A stretch of DNA of 43,737 bases from Candidatus Eiseniibacteriota bacterium (GCA_043806645.1 JAZDGX010000129.1:1-43737); one strand, 5' to 3'. Positions 1 through 10,761 are shown, counted from the stretch's first letter. The notes: generated by a model not told the origin, from the letters alone. Made by a program: numbers and translations.

Positions 1-2
1 GC

Positions 3-878
3 GAAGCCGAGCCCCCCGACCAGCCCCGCAAAACCGTCCGAGACGATGTCGCCGAACATGTTGCCGGCCACGATCACTCCGTAGTCCTCGGGGTTCTTCG
101 TCAGCCACATCATCTGAGCATCGATGTTGGTGTCCCAGACGGCGATGTCGGGGTAGTTCTTCTGCACCGTGCGTCCCATCTCGAGCATCATCCCCGAGGT
201 CTCGCGGATGACGTTGGGCTTCTCGCAGACGGTGACCGACTTGTATCCGAAGTCGCGCGCATGGCGGAAGGCCGCCTCGACGATCCGGCGGCATGCATTG
301 CGCGTGAAGATGCGGCAGGAAACGGCGAGATCCTCGGGCGGGACCTTCAGGTAGGGTTTGAACTGGGGATGGGTCGCGAGCGCCGCCCGCACCTGCTCGG
401 GTGGGTTGGTCCACTCGACTCCCGAGTACAACCCCTCGGTATTCTGCCGGTAGATGACTACATCCACCTTCGGCTCTTCGATCGCCCCGGCCCGGCCGCG
501 CCGGATGAAGTTGAGCGGGTTGCCGGGAAAGGACTGGCATGGGCGGATGCAGATATCCAGTCCGAAATACTGGCGCATCCCGACGATCGGGCTGCGATAG
601 GTATGGCCCCGGCCCTGGAGATCGGGATGCAGCTCCTTGGCCGCCGCGCCCTTGGGCTTGGAGGTGATCGCCCCGAAAAGACCGACGCGATGCTCTTCGA
701 GCAGCTTCAGCGTGCGCTCGGGAAGCGCATTGCCCTCGCTGCACCAGAATTCCCAGCCGATGTCGCCGTGCACGTAGTTCGCCTGGAACCCCGCCTTCTC
801 CAGCACGCGCAGCGCCTCCGGAAGCACCACCTTGCCGATCCCGTCTCCGGGCATGCTCACAATGGTCGTCTTGCTCAT
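3..878 (-). CDS. Isocitrate/isopropylmalate dehydrogenase family protein (3' end outside window)
   Basis: Not in ORF track; hand translation from ATG at 878 gives MSKTTIVSMPGDGIGKVVLPEAL...FGAITSKP, later NMFGDIVSDGFAGLVGGLG. AGGAG SD upstream; downstream of sucCD. Confidence 0.88.
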   Translation of the reverse strand, partial: MSKTTIVSMPGDGIGKVVLPEALRVLEKAGFQANYVHGDIGWEFWCSEGNALPERTLKLLEEHRVGLFGAITSKPKGAAAKELHPDLQGRGHTYRSPIVGMRQYFGLDICIRPCQSFPGNPLNFIRRGRAGAIEEPKVDVVIYRQNTEGLYSGVEWTNPPEQVRAALATHPQFKPYLKVPPEDLAVSCRIFTRNACRRIVEAAFRHARDFGYKSVTVCEKPNVIRETSGMMLEMGRTVQKNYPDIAVWDTNIDAQMMWLTKNPEDYGVIVAGNMFGDIVSDGFAGLVGGLGF

Positions 879-977
879 CGCCTGATCTCTCCTTCTGCTG
901 TCCGGAACCCCGTATTCAAGCCCCCACGGCGCATCGCCGTACCTCGATGCAGGCCGCACTCCCGCGGCGCAGCGGCC

Positions 978-1865
978 TCAGCGCAGGCCGCGCTCCCGCA
1001 GTGCCTGCTCCATCGCCAAGCCCATTCCGGCCGGGCTCTCCACCACCGTGACTCCCGCCGCCTCGAGGGCGGCGACCTTCTCGGCAGCCGTACCCTTCCC
1101 GCCGGCGATGATCGCCCCGGCATGTCCCATCCGTTTTCCGGGCGGGGCATTCTTGCCCGCGATATAGGCGACCACCGGCTTGTCGAACCCATTCTTGATC
1201 CAGGCGGCCGCCGTCTCTTCGGCCGTGCCGCCGATCTCGCCGATCATCAGCACGCCCTTCGTTTCGGGATCGCGCGCGTAGAGCGGCAGCAGATCGACGA
1301 AGTTCATCCCCACGACGGGGTCCCCGCCGATGCCGATGCAGGTCGACTGCCCGAGTCCCCGCTCGCTGCATTGGCGCACGCCCTCATAGGTCAGCGTGCC
1401 CGATCGCGAGATGATCCCTACCGGACCGGGCTGGTGGATGTAGCCGGGCATGATCCCGATCTTGCATTTCTCCGGCGAGATGATCCCCGGGCAGTTCGGC
1501 CCGATCAGGGTCGTGCCCCGGAACCGCGCCCGCAGCTCGGACTTGACGCGGACCATGTCGAGAGCGGGAATGCCCTCGGTGATCGCGACGATCACCCGCG
1601 CCCCCGCCTCGGCCGCCTCGAGAATCGCCTCCGCGGCCGCGGAAGCGGGAACGAAGACGACGGCGGCATTGAAATCGGTATCCCGGGCGGCCGCGGCCGC
1701 AGTGTCGAAGATGGGAATGCCGTTGTAGGTGGTGCCGCCCTTGCCGGGCCGCGTACCCGCCACGACCCGCGTGCCGTACTCGACCATGAGATCCGTGTAG
1801 AATTGCCCGACGCGTCCGAGGCCCTGGACGAGTAGGCGGGTGCCGCGATCGACCAGGATGCTCAT
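978..1865 (-). CDS. sucD: Succinyl-CoA synthetase alpha subunit
   Basis: [22 protein letters not shown] and the phospho-His motif RMGHAGA; 4-nt overlap with the sucC stop. Confidence 0.97.
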   Translation of the reverse strand: MSILVDRGTRLLVQGLGRVGQFYTDLMVEYGTRVVAGTRPGKGGTTYNGIPIFDTAAAAARDTDFNAAVVFVPASAAAEAILEAAEAGARVIVAITEGIPALDMVRVKSELRARFRGTTLIGPNCPGIISPEKCKIGIMPGYIHQPGPVGIISRSGTLTYEGVRQCSERGLGQSTCIGIGGDPVVGMNFVDLLPLYARDPETKGVLMIGEIGGTAEETAAAWIKNGFDKPVVAYIAGKNAPPGKRMGHAGAIIAGGKGTAAEKVAALEAAGVTVVESPAGMGLAMEQALRERGLR

Positions 1866-3034
1866 GCGCCCCTCCCTTGGGCCGCGGCCACGGCTTTCTC
1901 GGCGGCCGCGAGAAAACTCTCCGCCTCGATCAGGGCCAGCCCGCTCTCGCGCAGCATCCTCCGGCCGGCCTCCACATTCGTCCCCTCCAGGCGCACGATC
2001 AGCGGCACCTTGAGGTCAAGTTCGCGGAGGGCCTCGAGGATGCCGCTGGCGATCACATCGCAGCGCACGATGCCGCCGAAGATGTTGACCAGCACGGCGC
2101 GCACCCGCTCATCCGCGAGCACGAGCCGGAAGGCAGCAGTGACGCGCGAGGGATCCGCCGCACCCCCGACGTCGAGGAAGTTGGCCGGGGCCCCGCCGGC
2201 CAGGGTGATGATGTCGTTGGTCGCCATCGCCAGCCCGGCGCCGTTGACCATGCAGCCGATGTTCCCCGAGAGCGAGACGTAGGAAAAGCCGCAATCCGCC
2301 GCCTGCGCCTCGCGCGGATCCTCTTCGTCGCGATCGCGCAGCGCGCACAGCGATTCGTGACGGAAGAGGGCGTTGTCGTCGAGATTGCATTTGGCATCGA
2401 GCGCGATCACGCGCTGCGCGGCGGTAACGACCAGGGGATTGATCTCGATCAACGAACAATCCTGCTCGACATAGATGCGGGCGAGTGTCGTGAGGATCTC
2501 CGCAGCCTGGCCGGCCGCCGAGTGCCCGAGCTCGAGGCCCTGCACCAAGCGCCCGGCGGCCCCGCCGTCCAACCCCCGGCGCGGATCGAAATGCTCCTTG
2601 AGCAACGCCTCCGGCCGCTCGCGCGCGACTTCCTCGATCTCGACCCCGCCTTCGCGCGACGCCATGACCACCGGCCGCTCCGCGGCCCGATCGAGCACGA
2701 TGCCCACGTAGAGCTGTTGCTCGAACGGGCAGCCTTCCTCGATCAGCACCTTGCTCACGCGCACGCCGCCCGGCCCCGTCTGAGGCGTGATCAGAGGCCG
2801 CGACAGAATCTCTCCGGCCACCCGGCGGACCTCGGCCGGCGAATGCGCCAACCTGACGCCGCCCCCCTTCCCGCGCCCCCCGGCATGGACCTGCGCCTTG
2901 ACCGCGCACAACCCCCCGCCCAGTTCGACGGCGGCGCGCTCCGCCTCTTCCGCGCTCAGGGCCAGGATGCCTCGCGGGACGGCTATGCCATGGGCGTGCA
3001 GGAGATCCTTGGCCTGGTACTCATGGATTTTCAT
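1862..3034 (-). CDS. sucC: Succinyl-CoA synthetase beta subunit
   Basis: MKIHEYQAK start at 3034; [46 protein letters not shown]. Confidence 0.97.
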   Translation of the reverse strand: MKIHEYQAKDLLHAHGIAVPRGILALSAEEAERAAVELGGGLCAVKAQVHAGGRGKGGGVRLAHSPAEVRRVAGEILSRPLITPQTGPGGVRVSKVLIEEGCPFEQQLYVGIVLDRAAERPVVMASREGGVEIEEVARERPEALLKEHFDPRRGLDGGAAGRLVQGLELGHSAAGQAAEILTTLARIYVEQDCSLIEINPLVVTAAQRVIALDAKCNLDDNALFRHESLCALRDRDEEDPREAQAADCGFSYVSLSGNIGCMVNGAGLAMATNDIITLAGGAPANFLDVGGAADPSRVTAAFRLVLADERVRAVLVNIFGGIVRCDVIASGILEALRELDLKVPLIVRLEGTNVEAGRRMLRESGLALIEAESFLAAAEKAVAAAQGRGA

Positions 3035-3302
3035 GGCGCAGATCCCTTCCTGGAGGTCCGGCACCGCCGACCGGGAGACCGCAGCGGGCGCGAAACCGGA
3101 AAGTCTATCAGGTGGGCAGAATATGGACAAGGCGAGGCTTGCTGGTCCGGCGTCCGTGTCGACTCTCGCTCGTCGGGCACAGGTGCGGTAAACGGACCGG
3201 CCTTCGACCGGGTGAGCCGGGCCTCCACGGGCCGAACTTGGTGCCCCTCAGCCAATAAGCCCGAGTTACCAGGCCATCGAGCGCCCGGACGGCCTGATAC
3301 CC

Positions 3303-3332
3303 TTGACACCGCTTTGCGCCGGGGAGCAGACT
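3303..3332 (+). promoter_or_regulatory. Candidate sigma70 promoter for the giant lipoprotein gene
   Basis: Perfect TTGACA at 3303-3308; weak -10 (CAGACT) 18 nt downstream; lies in the divergent intergenic region. Confidence 0.35.
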
Positions 3333-3572
3333 TGTTGTAGACGCCTCAACAGGGATTGTTTGGGATCACGGGTTCCGGAGAGGAGCCTCCTCGCGACGAC
3401 GGAAAGGGTCGTGTCATGAGCCGTCCAAAGGCTGATCCGCCCTCTCGAGGAACCGGCAAGATCGTTGCCCGTGAAGGGCTTGGGCCCGACGCACGGTTCT
3501 CAGTCTAGTTTCCGCAGCCGCCCCAGTTGCCACAAACGTGCGACTGCGGGCATGCAAACGGAGGATCCCAGA

Positions 3573-6500
3573 ATGACCCGCCCGCAACGGCTCCTCACGG
3601 TTCTGGTCGGAGTCGCGGTCGCTCTGAGCCTAACGACTTGCAGCGACGACGATTCGTCGTCCAACCCCACCTGCCACCTGATGGTCGTCTCCCCCAACGG
3701 GGGGGAGGTCCTTTCGGCCGGGCAGGCCTACTCCATCCAGTGGATGAGCGATGGCCCCTGTTCCGGCACCGTCGACATCGAGCTGATGAAGGATGGCGAG
3801 GTGCGCACGACAATCGCCGAGAACGCGCCCAATACCGGCTCGTACACCTGGCAATGCCAGGGCGGCGAGGGGGACGCGGGCTACTACCTCCGTCTCACCT
3901 TGAACGACGGCTCCAGCCGCAAGACCGACATGAGCGATGCGGGCTTCCGTATCTCGGCCGCCCCCGCTTCCTGCGCCATTACCGTCGCCGCCCCCATTGC
4001 CGGGGCGCGCTTCGTCCAGGGGCAGATCGTGCCCATCGCCTGGGAGGCCGGCGGGACCTGCGACGGCGCGGTCCGCATCGAGCTGCTGCACCTGGGCGCC
4101 TCCTGCACGGTCATCGCGGAGAGCACCGAGAACGACGGCGCCTTCGACTGGACCGCGGCGCGTTGCGTCACCGACTCGACCGGCTACGCCGTGCGCGTCA
4201 CGGACGTGGAGAGCGGCGCGACCGACTTCAGTTCCGGGACCTTTACCATCGGCAACGGCGAGGCGGGAACCTGCACGCTTCAGTTGACGCGGCCCAACGG
4301 CGGCGAGTCCTGGATCGAGGGCGCGCGCGTGCAGATCGAATGGGATCATGCGGGATCGGCCGGCCCCACGGTGTCTCTCGAACTGCTGCGCGACGGAGAG
4401 GTTTGCGCGGTGATCGCGGCGGCCACGGACAACGACGGCTCCTTCGAATGGACCGCCGCCCGCTGTGCGACGGCCTCCGCCGGGTACCATGTGCGCATCG
4501 CGGATCCCGCCTGCGGCGCCCGGGACCTGAGCGATGCCTCTTTCGCGATCCTGCCCGCCAGCCAGAATGAATGTCACCTCACCGTCACCCGGCCGTATGC
4601 CGGCGAGCAACTCGTCTCCGGTGAGACCTTCACCATTCTCTGGAATACCACGGAGGCCTGCGGCGACCAGGTGCGCATCGAGCTTTATCGCCTGGGCGCC
4701 CTGTGCCAAATCATCAGCGAGACGACCGCGAACGACGGCGCTTACGAGTGGGTCGTCGACGGGTGCGGCTCGGCCGACTGCGGCTACACGGTCCGCGTGA
4801 TCGATCTCGACAGCGGGTCCGCGGACGACAGCGATGGTCACGGCATCCAGACCGTCTGCGAGCTCGAGGTCCTCAGTCCCAACGGCGGCGAATCCTACTA
4901 CGTCGGGGAGCAGGTGCTGATCGCCTGGCAGGCGTCCGATTGCGCGTCGCAAGTGCGCATCGACTTGCTCCAGGACGGCCAGGTCTGCCGGACCCTGGTC
5001 ACGCACACCGCCAACGACGGCATGTTTGTCTGGACGCGGGCCGCGCAGTGCGACGGCCCGGACGGATACGTCATCCGCATCACCGACTTGGAGACGGGCA
5101 CCCTCGACGAGAGCGATGCCCCCTTCCGCATCATCACGCCCTGCAGCCTGCGGATCACTGCGCCTTCCGGAGGCAACACCTGGACCGTGGACGACATCCT
5201 CTCCATTGAATGGGTGCTCGCCGGCGACGCGTGCGGCGATCTCGCGCTCATCGAGCTGCTGCGCGGCGACGAAGTCTGCATGGTGATCACTCCGGAAACG
5301 CTCAACGACGGCCAGTTCGACTGGGCCGTCGCGCAGTGTCTCGACTTCACCAACGGCTACGTCATCCGCGTGACCGACATCACGAGCGGCGCCTCCGACG
5401 AAACCGACGGGATGCTCGATATCTTCTACTTCCCGCCCGAAACATGCGAGATCGCGCTGCTCGCCCCGACTGCCGGAGCAGAGCTGTGCGCGGGCCGGCC
5501 GATCGACATTCGGTGGTCATTCAACGATTTCTGCGGCTCGCAGGTGATGATCGAGCTGTTGCAGGGCGCGACGGTCTGCGCGACCGTGGCCCCCACGACC
5601 GCTAACGACGGCGTCTTCTCCTGGACGCCCGCGCCGTGCGGCGACCAGACGGAAGGATATCGCTTGCGCATCACCGATCTGGGCACGGAGATCGTCGCGG
5701 AGAGCGCAGCCGATTTCGCCATTCTGCCGGGCTGCGCCCTCAGCCTGCAGGCGCCTTCCGGCGGTTCCTTCTGCGCCGGAACGAGCGTGCCGATCGAGTG
5801 GACCGCGACCCCTTGCTGCGGCGATCAGGTTCGCCTGGAACTCCTCCTGGACGGCGTGGTCTGCAGCACGATCGCCGCCGCCACGGACAACGACGGCAGC
5901 CATCCGTGGACCGCCGAACCCTGCGGGGAGGCCGACGGCGGCTATGCCATCCGCGTGACCGACCTGGACACGGGGGCGACGGCCGCCAGCGCGGTCGAGT
6001 TCGACATTCAACAGGCCTGCGCCATCGCGGTCACCTCCCCGACCGGCGTGGAGATCCTGTGCGCGGGGGCCGATGAGCTCCCCATCAGCTGGACGACCGT
6101 GGACTGCTGCGGCGCGACGGCCAAGATCGAGCTGCTTCTGAACGGCACTGTCTGCGCGGTGATCGCGGCCACGACGGAAAACGACGGCAGCTTCCCCTGG
6201 CCGGTCGAGCAGTGCGCTGCGGCGACCGACGGCTACACCATCCGGGTGACCGATCTCGTCAGCGGCGCCTCCGGCGAGAACCCGCTCGCCTTCGCCATCG
6301 AAGCGCCCTGCCGGATCGACCTCACCGTTCCCAACGGCGGCCAGGATCTGTGCACCGGCGATCCGCTGGAGATTCTCTGGTCGAGTTCATCCTGCTGCGG
6401 CGCCACGGTCAAGATCGAGCTCGTCCATGACGGCGGCGTCTGCGAGACCATCGCCGCCGCGGCCGACAACAATGGTTCGCTCACCTGGATCCCGGTCCAG

Positions 6501-9500
6501 TGCGCCGGAGAGGCGGATGGGTATCGCATCCGCGTGACCGATCTCACGACGGGCGCGGCCGACGAAAGCGCTCTCGATTTCTCCATCCATCCCGCCTGCG
6601 AGATCACGCTGCTCGAGCCCGACGGCGACGAGCCGCTGTGCGCGGGCACGCCGATCGACATCCTGTGGACCCCCTCGACCTGCTGCGGTGACCAGGTCTC
6701 GATCGAGCTCGTCCATGGCGGCACGGCCTGCCTGACGATCGCCGCCGCCACGGCAAACGATGGCCGCCATGAATGGATGCCCGAGCCCTGCGCGGGCGTG
6801 ACGGGCGACTATCGCATCCGCGTGACCGATTTGGTGACGGGAGCCACCGACGAGAGCGACGCGCTCTTCGACATCGAACCCGGCTGCCAGCTCACGGTCA
6901 CCGCGCCCCCGGCCGGGCTGGTCGTGTGCGAGGGCACGCCGATCGACATCCGCTGGACGCCGACGACCTGCTGCGGCGAGCTGGTGAAGATCCAGCTGAT
7001 CTGCAACGGGGTCATGCGCTCGACCATCGCGGCGGAAACCGCCAACGACGGCGCGTTCACCTGGAACGCCGACCAGGCGGGCAACGACTCGAGCGGCTAC
7101 ACGATCCGCGTCACCGACCTCGAGAGCGACGTCGCGGGCGAAAGCCCCTTCTCGTTCACCATCCACGCCGGCTGCGCCGTCGAGCTCTTCTCGCCGCGCA
7201 ACGGAGACCTTTTCTGCATCGGCGACCCGGTGGCGATCGTCTGGGATCCCGGCTCGCCCTGCTGCGGCGACCTGGTGCGCATCCAGCTCTATCGCTACGG
7301 AAATCTGGTGAGCACGCTCGCCGCCTCTACCGAGAACGACGGCGCCTACACCTGGCCGAGCGCCCAGCAGCACAATGGCCTGCCGCACGGCTACGCCATC
7401 ATGGTCACCAACCTGGCGACCGGCGCGGCCAACGGCATCGATTGGGCCTTCTCGATCGGCGGCGGGGATGTGAGCGTCTCCTACCCCAACGGCGGCGAGA
7501 CGATCTGCAGCGGTCTGCCGGTGACGATGCGCTGGAATCGCTCCAGCTGTTATGGACCGACGGTCAAGATCGAGCTGCTGCACGACGGGACGGTCTGCCG
7601 CACGCTCGCGGCCTCGACGGGCAACGGCGGCACCTTCCACTGGATCGCCGAGCAGTGCGGCTCCTTCGAGGAAGGCTACACGGTGCGCATCACCGATCTC
7701 GAAAGCGGTTCGGTCGATGTGAGCGACGGACCCTTCGTCATCCATCCGCCATGCGACCTCTCGATCAGCCGTCCCCAGGCGGGGGACATCTACTGCGTGG
7801 GAGATCCGGTGCTCATCCGTTGGGATGCCTCGCCTTGCTGCGGCGACGACATCCGCCTCGACCTCGTCCGCAACGGTTCGCCCTGTCTGTTGATCGCCGA
7901 ACTCGACGGCGGGCCGTCGCGCAGCTATGAGTACATCTGGACCGCCGCGCAATGCGCCGGCCAGTCCGCGGGCTACAAGGTCCGGGTGACCGATCTCGAC
8001 AGCGGGCTGTACGCCGAGACCGGCGGCACCTTCACCATCAACCCCGCGTGCGTGATCACGATCACGAGCCCCAACAACGGGGAGGTTCTCACCGCCGGCG
8101 AGAGCGCGCCGATCGCTTGGGACTTCGGCTACTGCTGCGGCGAAACGGCATCGATCGAGTTGCTGCTGGACGGTGTCGTTTGTCTCGTCATCACCGCCGC
8201 GACGCCCAACGACGGCAGCTTCCCCTGGATCGCCGAGCAGTGCGGAGCGGCCATCGAGGGCTACGAGATCCGCGTGACCGACCTCGAGACGGGCGCCTGG
8301 GACTTGACCGACGTCGGCTTCCGCATCGAACCGGCCTGTGAAGTGCTGGTCACGGCGCCGGCCTCCGGCGAGTACTGCCCGGACGACCCGGTGGGGATCG
8401 TCTGGACGGCGGAGGGTTGCGGAGCAGACGTCAAGATCGAGCTGCTGTTGGACGATGCGGTCTGCGCGACGATCGCGGCCGCGACGGCCAACGACGGGGC
8501 CCATGCCTGGCCGGCGGCGGCGTGCGGCGAGGCGACCGGGCCCTACCGCGTCCGCGTGACCGACCTGGAGACGGGGATCGCGGCCGAGAGCCCCGCCGGC
8601 TTCGTCATCCATACTCCCTGCGACGTGCGGGTCGTGTGGCCCAGCAGGGCGGAGCTGCTCTGCACGGGCCGCGAATACCAGTTGCTCTGGAACGCCTCGC
8701 CCTGCTGCGGCGAGTTCGTGAGGCTCGACCTGTACCGCTTGGGCGAGCCCTGCGTCGAAATCGCCGCTTCCACTGCCAACGACGGCGCCCATCCCTGGAC
8801 CGCAGCCATGTGCGCACCCGAGCCTTGGGAAGACATCGAGCCTTGGGGCGCGACCGGCGGCTACCAGCTGCGGGTGACCGATCTCACGACGGGCGCCTAT
8901 GACGAGAGCAACATCGCGTTCAAGGTCCTGCCCACCTGCGAGGTCACCGTGCTGGGACCCAACGGCGGCGAGGTATTCACCGTCGGCGAGTCGATTCCCA
9001 TCGTCTGGGAATCCTCGGAGTGCCATGAGCACGGCTACTGCTGCGGGGAGCTGGCCAAGATCGAGCTGTTGCGCGCGGGCAGCGTGTGCGCCGTGCTGGC
9101 CGAATCCACACCCAACGACGGCTCCTTCGCGTGGCCCGCCGCTCAATGCGACGGCCAAAGCAACTCCTACATGGTCCGGGTCACCGATCTGGAGACCGGC
9201 GCCACCGACAGAAGCAACCGCTCCTTCGACATCGTCACCCCCTGCCTGCCCGTGGTCCTGTCGCCCAACGGCGGCGAATCTCTGTGCGTGGGCGAGAACG
9301 TCACGCTCGACTGGGAGACCAGCGGCGACTGTTCCGGTAACGTTCGTCTCGACCTGGTCCGTGACGGAAGCCCCTGCCGGCTGATCGCGGCCACGACCGC
9401 CGACGACGGCTCGCACACTTGGAGGGCGGCCATGTGCAGCGCGGAAACCGAGGGCTACCGCCTGCGGGTCACGGATCTCGGCAGCGGCGACTACGATGAG

Positions 9501-10736
9501 AGCGATGCGACCTTCGCGATCCAGCCCCGCTGCGCTATCGGGGTGCAGGAACCGACCAATGGAGCTTCCTACCGCGACAACGACGAGATCACGATCTCCT
9601 GGACCCGCTCGGCCTGCTGCGGCGAGATCGTGCGGATCGATTTGGCCTTCGACGGCACGCTGTGCGAGGTGATCGACAAGACCACACCCAACGACGGATC
9701 CTACAGTTGGACGGTCCACCCGTGCGGGACGCAGCGTGGTCTCTATCAGATCCGCGTGACCGATCCGGCCAGCGGAGCCTTCGGCGACAGCTACGGCGGC
9801 TTCGACATCCTCCCCGCCTGTGCGCTGGAGATGACGGCCCCGGCCGGCGGTGAAAACTACTGCACCGGCGTGAGCGTCCCGATCCGCTGGACGGCGGATC
9901 CCGGCTGCGGTGGATCGGTGCGGATCGAACTGCTCGCGGGCGGTTTGTATTGCGCGACGATCAGTGAAGCGACCACCAACGACGGAGCCTTCGACTGGCC
10001 GGCCGCGCCCTGCGGCGCAGATCCCGGCAGTCTCGCGATCCGGGTGACGGACATCGAGACGGGAGTCAGCGCGGTCTCGAGCGGCGCCTTCGCCGTCGGT
10101 CCCGCCTGCCTGCTCGCAGTGCACGATCCCGAACATGCCGGCGGCGCAGAGGGACTCTCCTTCTGCCAGGGCGAACCGGTTCTCATCACCTGGGACTCGT
10201 CCGCCTGCTGCGGCAGTAGCTCCATGGCGATCGACCTGGTTCTCGCGGGCGGCGTCTGCCATCCGATCACCGACGACACTCCCAATGACGGCAGCTACAC
10301 CTGGACCGCATGGCGGTGCGGCGACGTCGAAGACGGATACCGCATTCGCGTAACGGATCTCGGCACCGGCACCAGTGCGACAAACGACACCGACTTCAGC
10401 ATTCGGCCTCCCTGCGCTCTGGATGTCTCCTACCCCGACGGCGGTGAAAGCATCGTCAACGGCAGTTGGATCGCGATCACCTGGGACACCACGGCCTGCT
10501 GCGGCGATCACGTCGAGCTGGAGCTGCTGCGCGACGGGGAATCCTGCGGCCAGATTGAAGCTTCGACCGATAACGACGGGACCCATGCGTGGCTGGCCGC
10601 GCAGTGCGACAGCCACGAGACAGGGTATCAAGTACGTATCATCGATCTCTCGACGTCGAACTCCAATGTGAGTGACGCGACGTTCGCGATCAGTGCAACG
10701 GGGCCGCGGACGACCGGGACCCAGGCCTCCCGTTGA
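3573..10736 (+). CDS. Giant surface lipoprotein (~2387 aa) with 24 tandem Cys-rich Ig-like repeats (Kre9/Knh1-N-like, 'PNGGE...NDG.F.W' type)
   Basis: GGAGGA SD before ATG 3573; basic N-terminus, hydrophobic helix and lipobox-like LTT-C (Cys23, 3639-3641); 24 repeats of ~96 aa with consensus C..V.sPnGGe....G....I.W....(C)CG..V.IeLl..G..C..Ia..T.NDG.f.W....C......Y.iRVTDl.tG..d.S...F.I. Confidence 0.88.
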   Translation: MTRPQRLLTVLVGVAVALSLTTCSDDDSSSNPTCHLMVVSPNGGEVLSAGQAYSIQWMSDGPCSGTVDIELMKDGEVRTTIAENAPNTGSYTWQCQGGEGDAGYYLRLTLNDGSSRKTDMSDAGFRISAAPASCAITVAAPIAGARFVQGQIVPIAWEAGGTCDGAVRIELLHLGASCTVIAESTENDGAFDWTAARCVTDSTGYAVRVTDVESGATDFSSGTFTIGNGEAGTCTLQLTRPNGGESWIEGARVQIEWDHAGSAGPTVSLELLRDGEVCAVIAAATDNDGSFEWTAARCATASAGYHVRIADPACGARDLSDASFAILPASQNECHLTVTRPYAGEQLVSGETFTILWNTTEACGDQVRIELYRLGALCQIISETTANDGAYEWVVDGCGSADCGYTVRVIDLDSGSADDSDGHGIQTVCELEVLSPNGGESYYVGEQVLIAWQASDCASQVRIDLLQDGQVCRTLVTHTANDGMFVWTRAAQCDGPDGYVIRITDLETGTLDESDAPFRIITPCSLRITAPSGGNTWTVDDILSIEWVLAGDACGDLALIELLRGDEVCMVITPETLNDGQFDWAVAQCLDFTNGYVIRVTDITSGASDETDGMLDIFYFPPETCEIALLAPTAGAELCAGRPIDIRWSFNDFCGSQVMIELLQGATVCATVAPTTANDGVFSWTPAPCGDQTEGYRLRITDLGTEIVAESAADFAILPGCALSLQAPSGGSFCAGTSVPIEWTATPCCGDQVRLELLLDGVVCSTIAAATDNDGSHPWTAEPCGEADGGYAIRVTDLDTGATAASAVEFDIQQACAIAVTSPTGVEILCAGADELPISWTTVDCCGATAKIELLLNGTVCAVIAATTENDGSFPWPVEQCAAATDGYTIRVTDLVSGASGENPLAFAIEAPCRIDLTVPNGGQDLCTGDPLEILWSSSSCCGATVKIELVHDGGVCETIAAAADNNGSLTWIPVQCAGEADGYRIRVTDLTTGAADESALDFSIHPACEITLLEPDGDEPLCAGTPIDILWTPSTCCGDQVSIELVHGGTACLTIAAATANDGRHEWMPEPCAGVTGDYRIRVTDLVTGATDESDALFDIEPGCQLTVTAPPAGLVVCEGTPIDIRWTPTTCCGELVKIQLICNGVMRSTIAAETANDGAFTWNADQAGNDSSGYTIRVTDLESDVAGESPFSFTIHAGCAVELFSPRNGDLFCIGDPVAIVWDPGSPCCGDLVRIQLYRYGNLVSTLAASTENDGAYTWPSAQQHNGLPHGYAIMVTNLATGAANGIDWAFSIGGGDVSVSYPNGGETICSGLPVTMRWNRSSCYGPTVKIELLHDGTVCRTLAASTGNGGTFHWIAEQCGSFEEGYTVRITDLESGSVDVSDGPFVIHPPCDLSISRPQAGDIYCVGDPVLIRWDASPCCGDDIRLDLVRNGSPCLLIAELDGGPSRSYEYIWTAAQCAGQSAGYKVRVTDLDSGLYAETGGTFTINPACVITITSPNNGEVLTAGESAPIAWDFGYCCGETASIELLLDGVVCLVITAATPNDGSFPWIAEQCGAAIEGYEIRVTDLETGAWDLTDVGFRIEPACEVLVTAPASGEYCPDDPVGIVWTAEGCGADVKIELLLDDAVCATIAAATANDGAHAWPAAACGEATGPYRVRVTDLETGIAAESPAGFVIHTPCDVRVVWPSRAELLCTGREYQLLWNASPCCGEFVRLDLYRLGEPCVEIAASTANDGAHPWTAAMCAPEPWEDIEPWGATGGYQLRVTDLTTGAYDESNIAFKVLPTCEVTVLGPNGGEVFTVGESIPIVWESSECHEHGYCCGELAKIELLRAGSVCAVLAESTPNDGSFAWPAAQCDGQSNSYMVRVTDLETGATDRSNRSFDIVTPCLPVVLSPNGGESLCVGENVTLDWETSGDCSGNVRLDLVRDGSPCRLIAATTADDGSHTWRAAMCSAETEGYRLRVTDLGSGDYDESDATFAIQPRCAIGVQEPTNGASYRDNDEITISWTRSACCGEIVRIDLAFDGTLCEVIDKTTPNDGSYSWTVHPCGTQRGLYQIRVTDPASGAFGDSYGGFDILPACALEMTAPAGGENYCTGVSVPIRWTADPGCGGSVRIELLAGGLYCATISEATTNDGAFDWPAAPCGADPGSLAIRVTDIETGVSAVSSGAFAVGPACLLAVHDPEHAGGAEGLSFCQGEPVLITWDSSACCGSSSMAIDLVLAGGVCHPITDDTPNDGSYTWTAWRCGDVEDGYRIRVTDLGTGTSATNDTDFSIRPPCALDVSYPDGGESIVNGSWIAITWDTTACCGDHVELELLRDGESCGQIEASTDNDGTHAWLAAQCDSHETGYQVRIIDLSTSNSNVSDATFAISATGPRTTGTQASR

Positions 10737-10761
10737 TGACCGATTCCGAGGATTGAACCCC

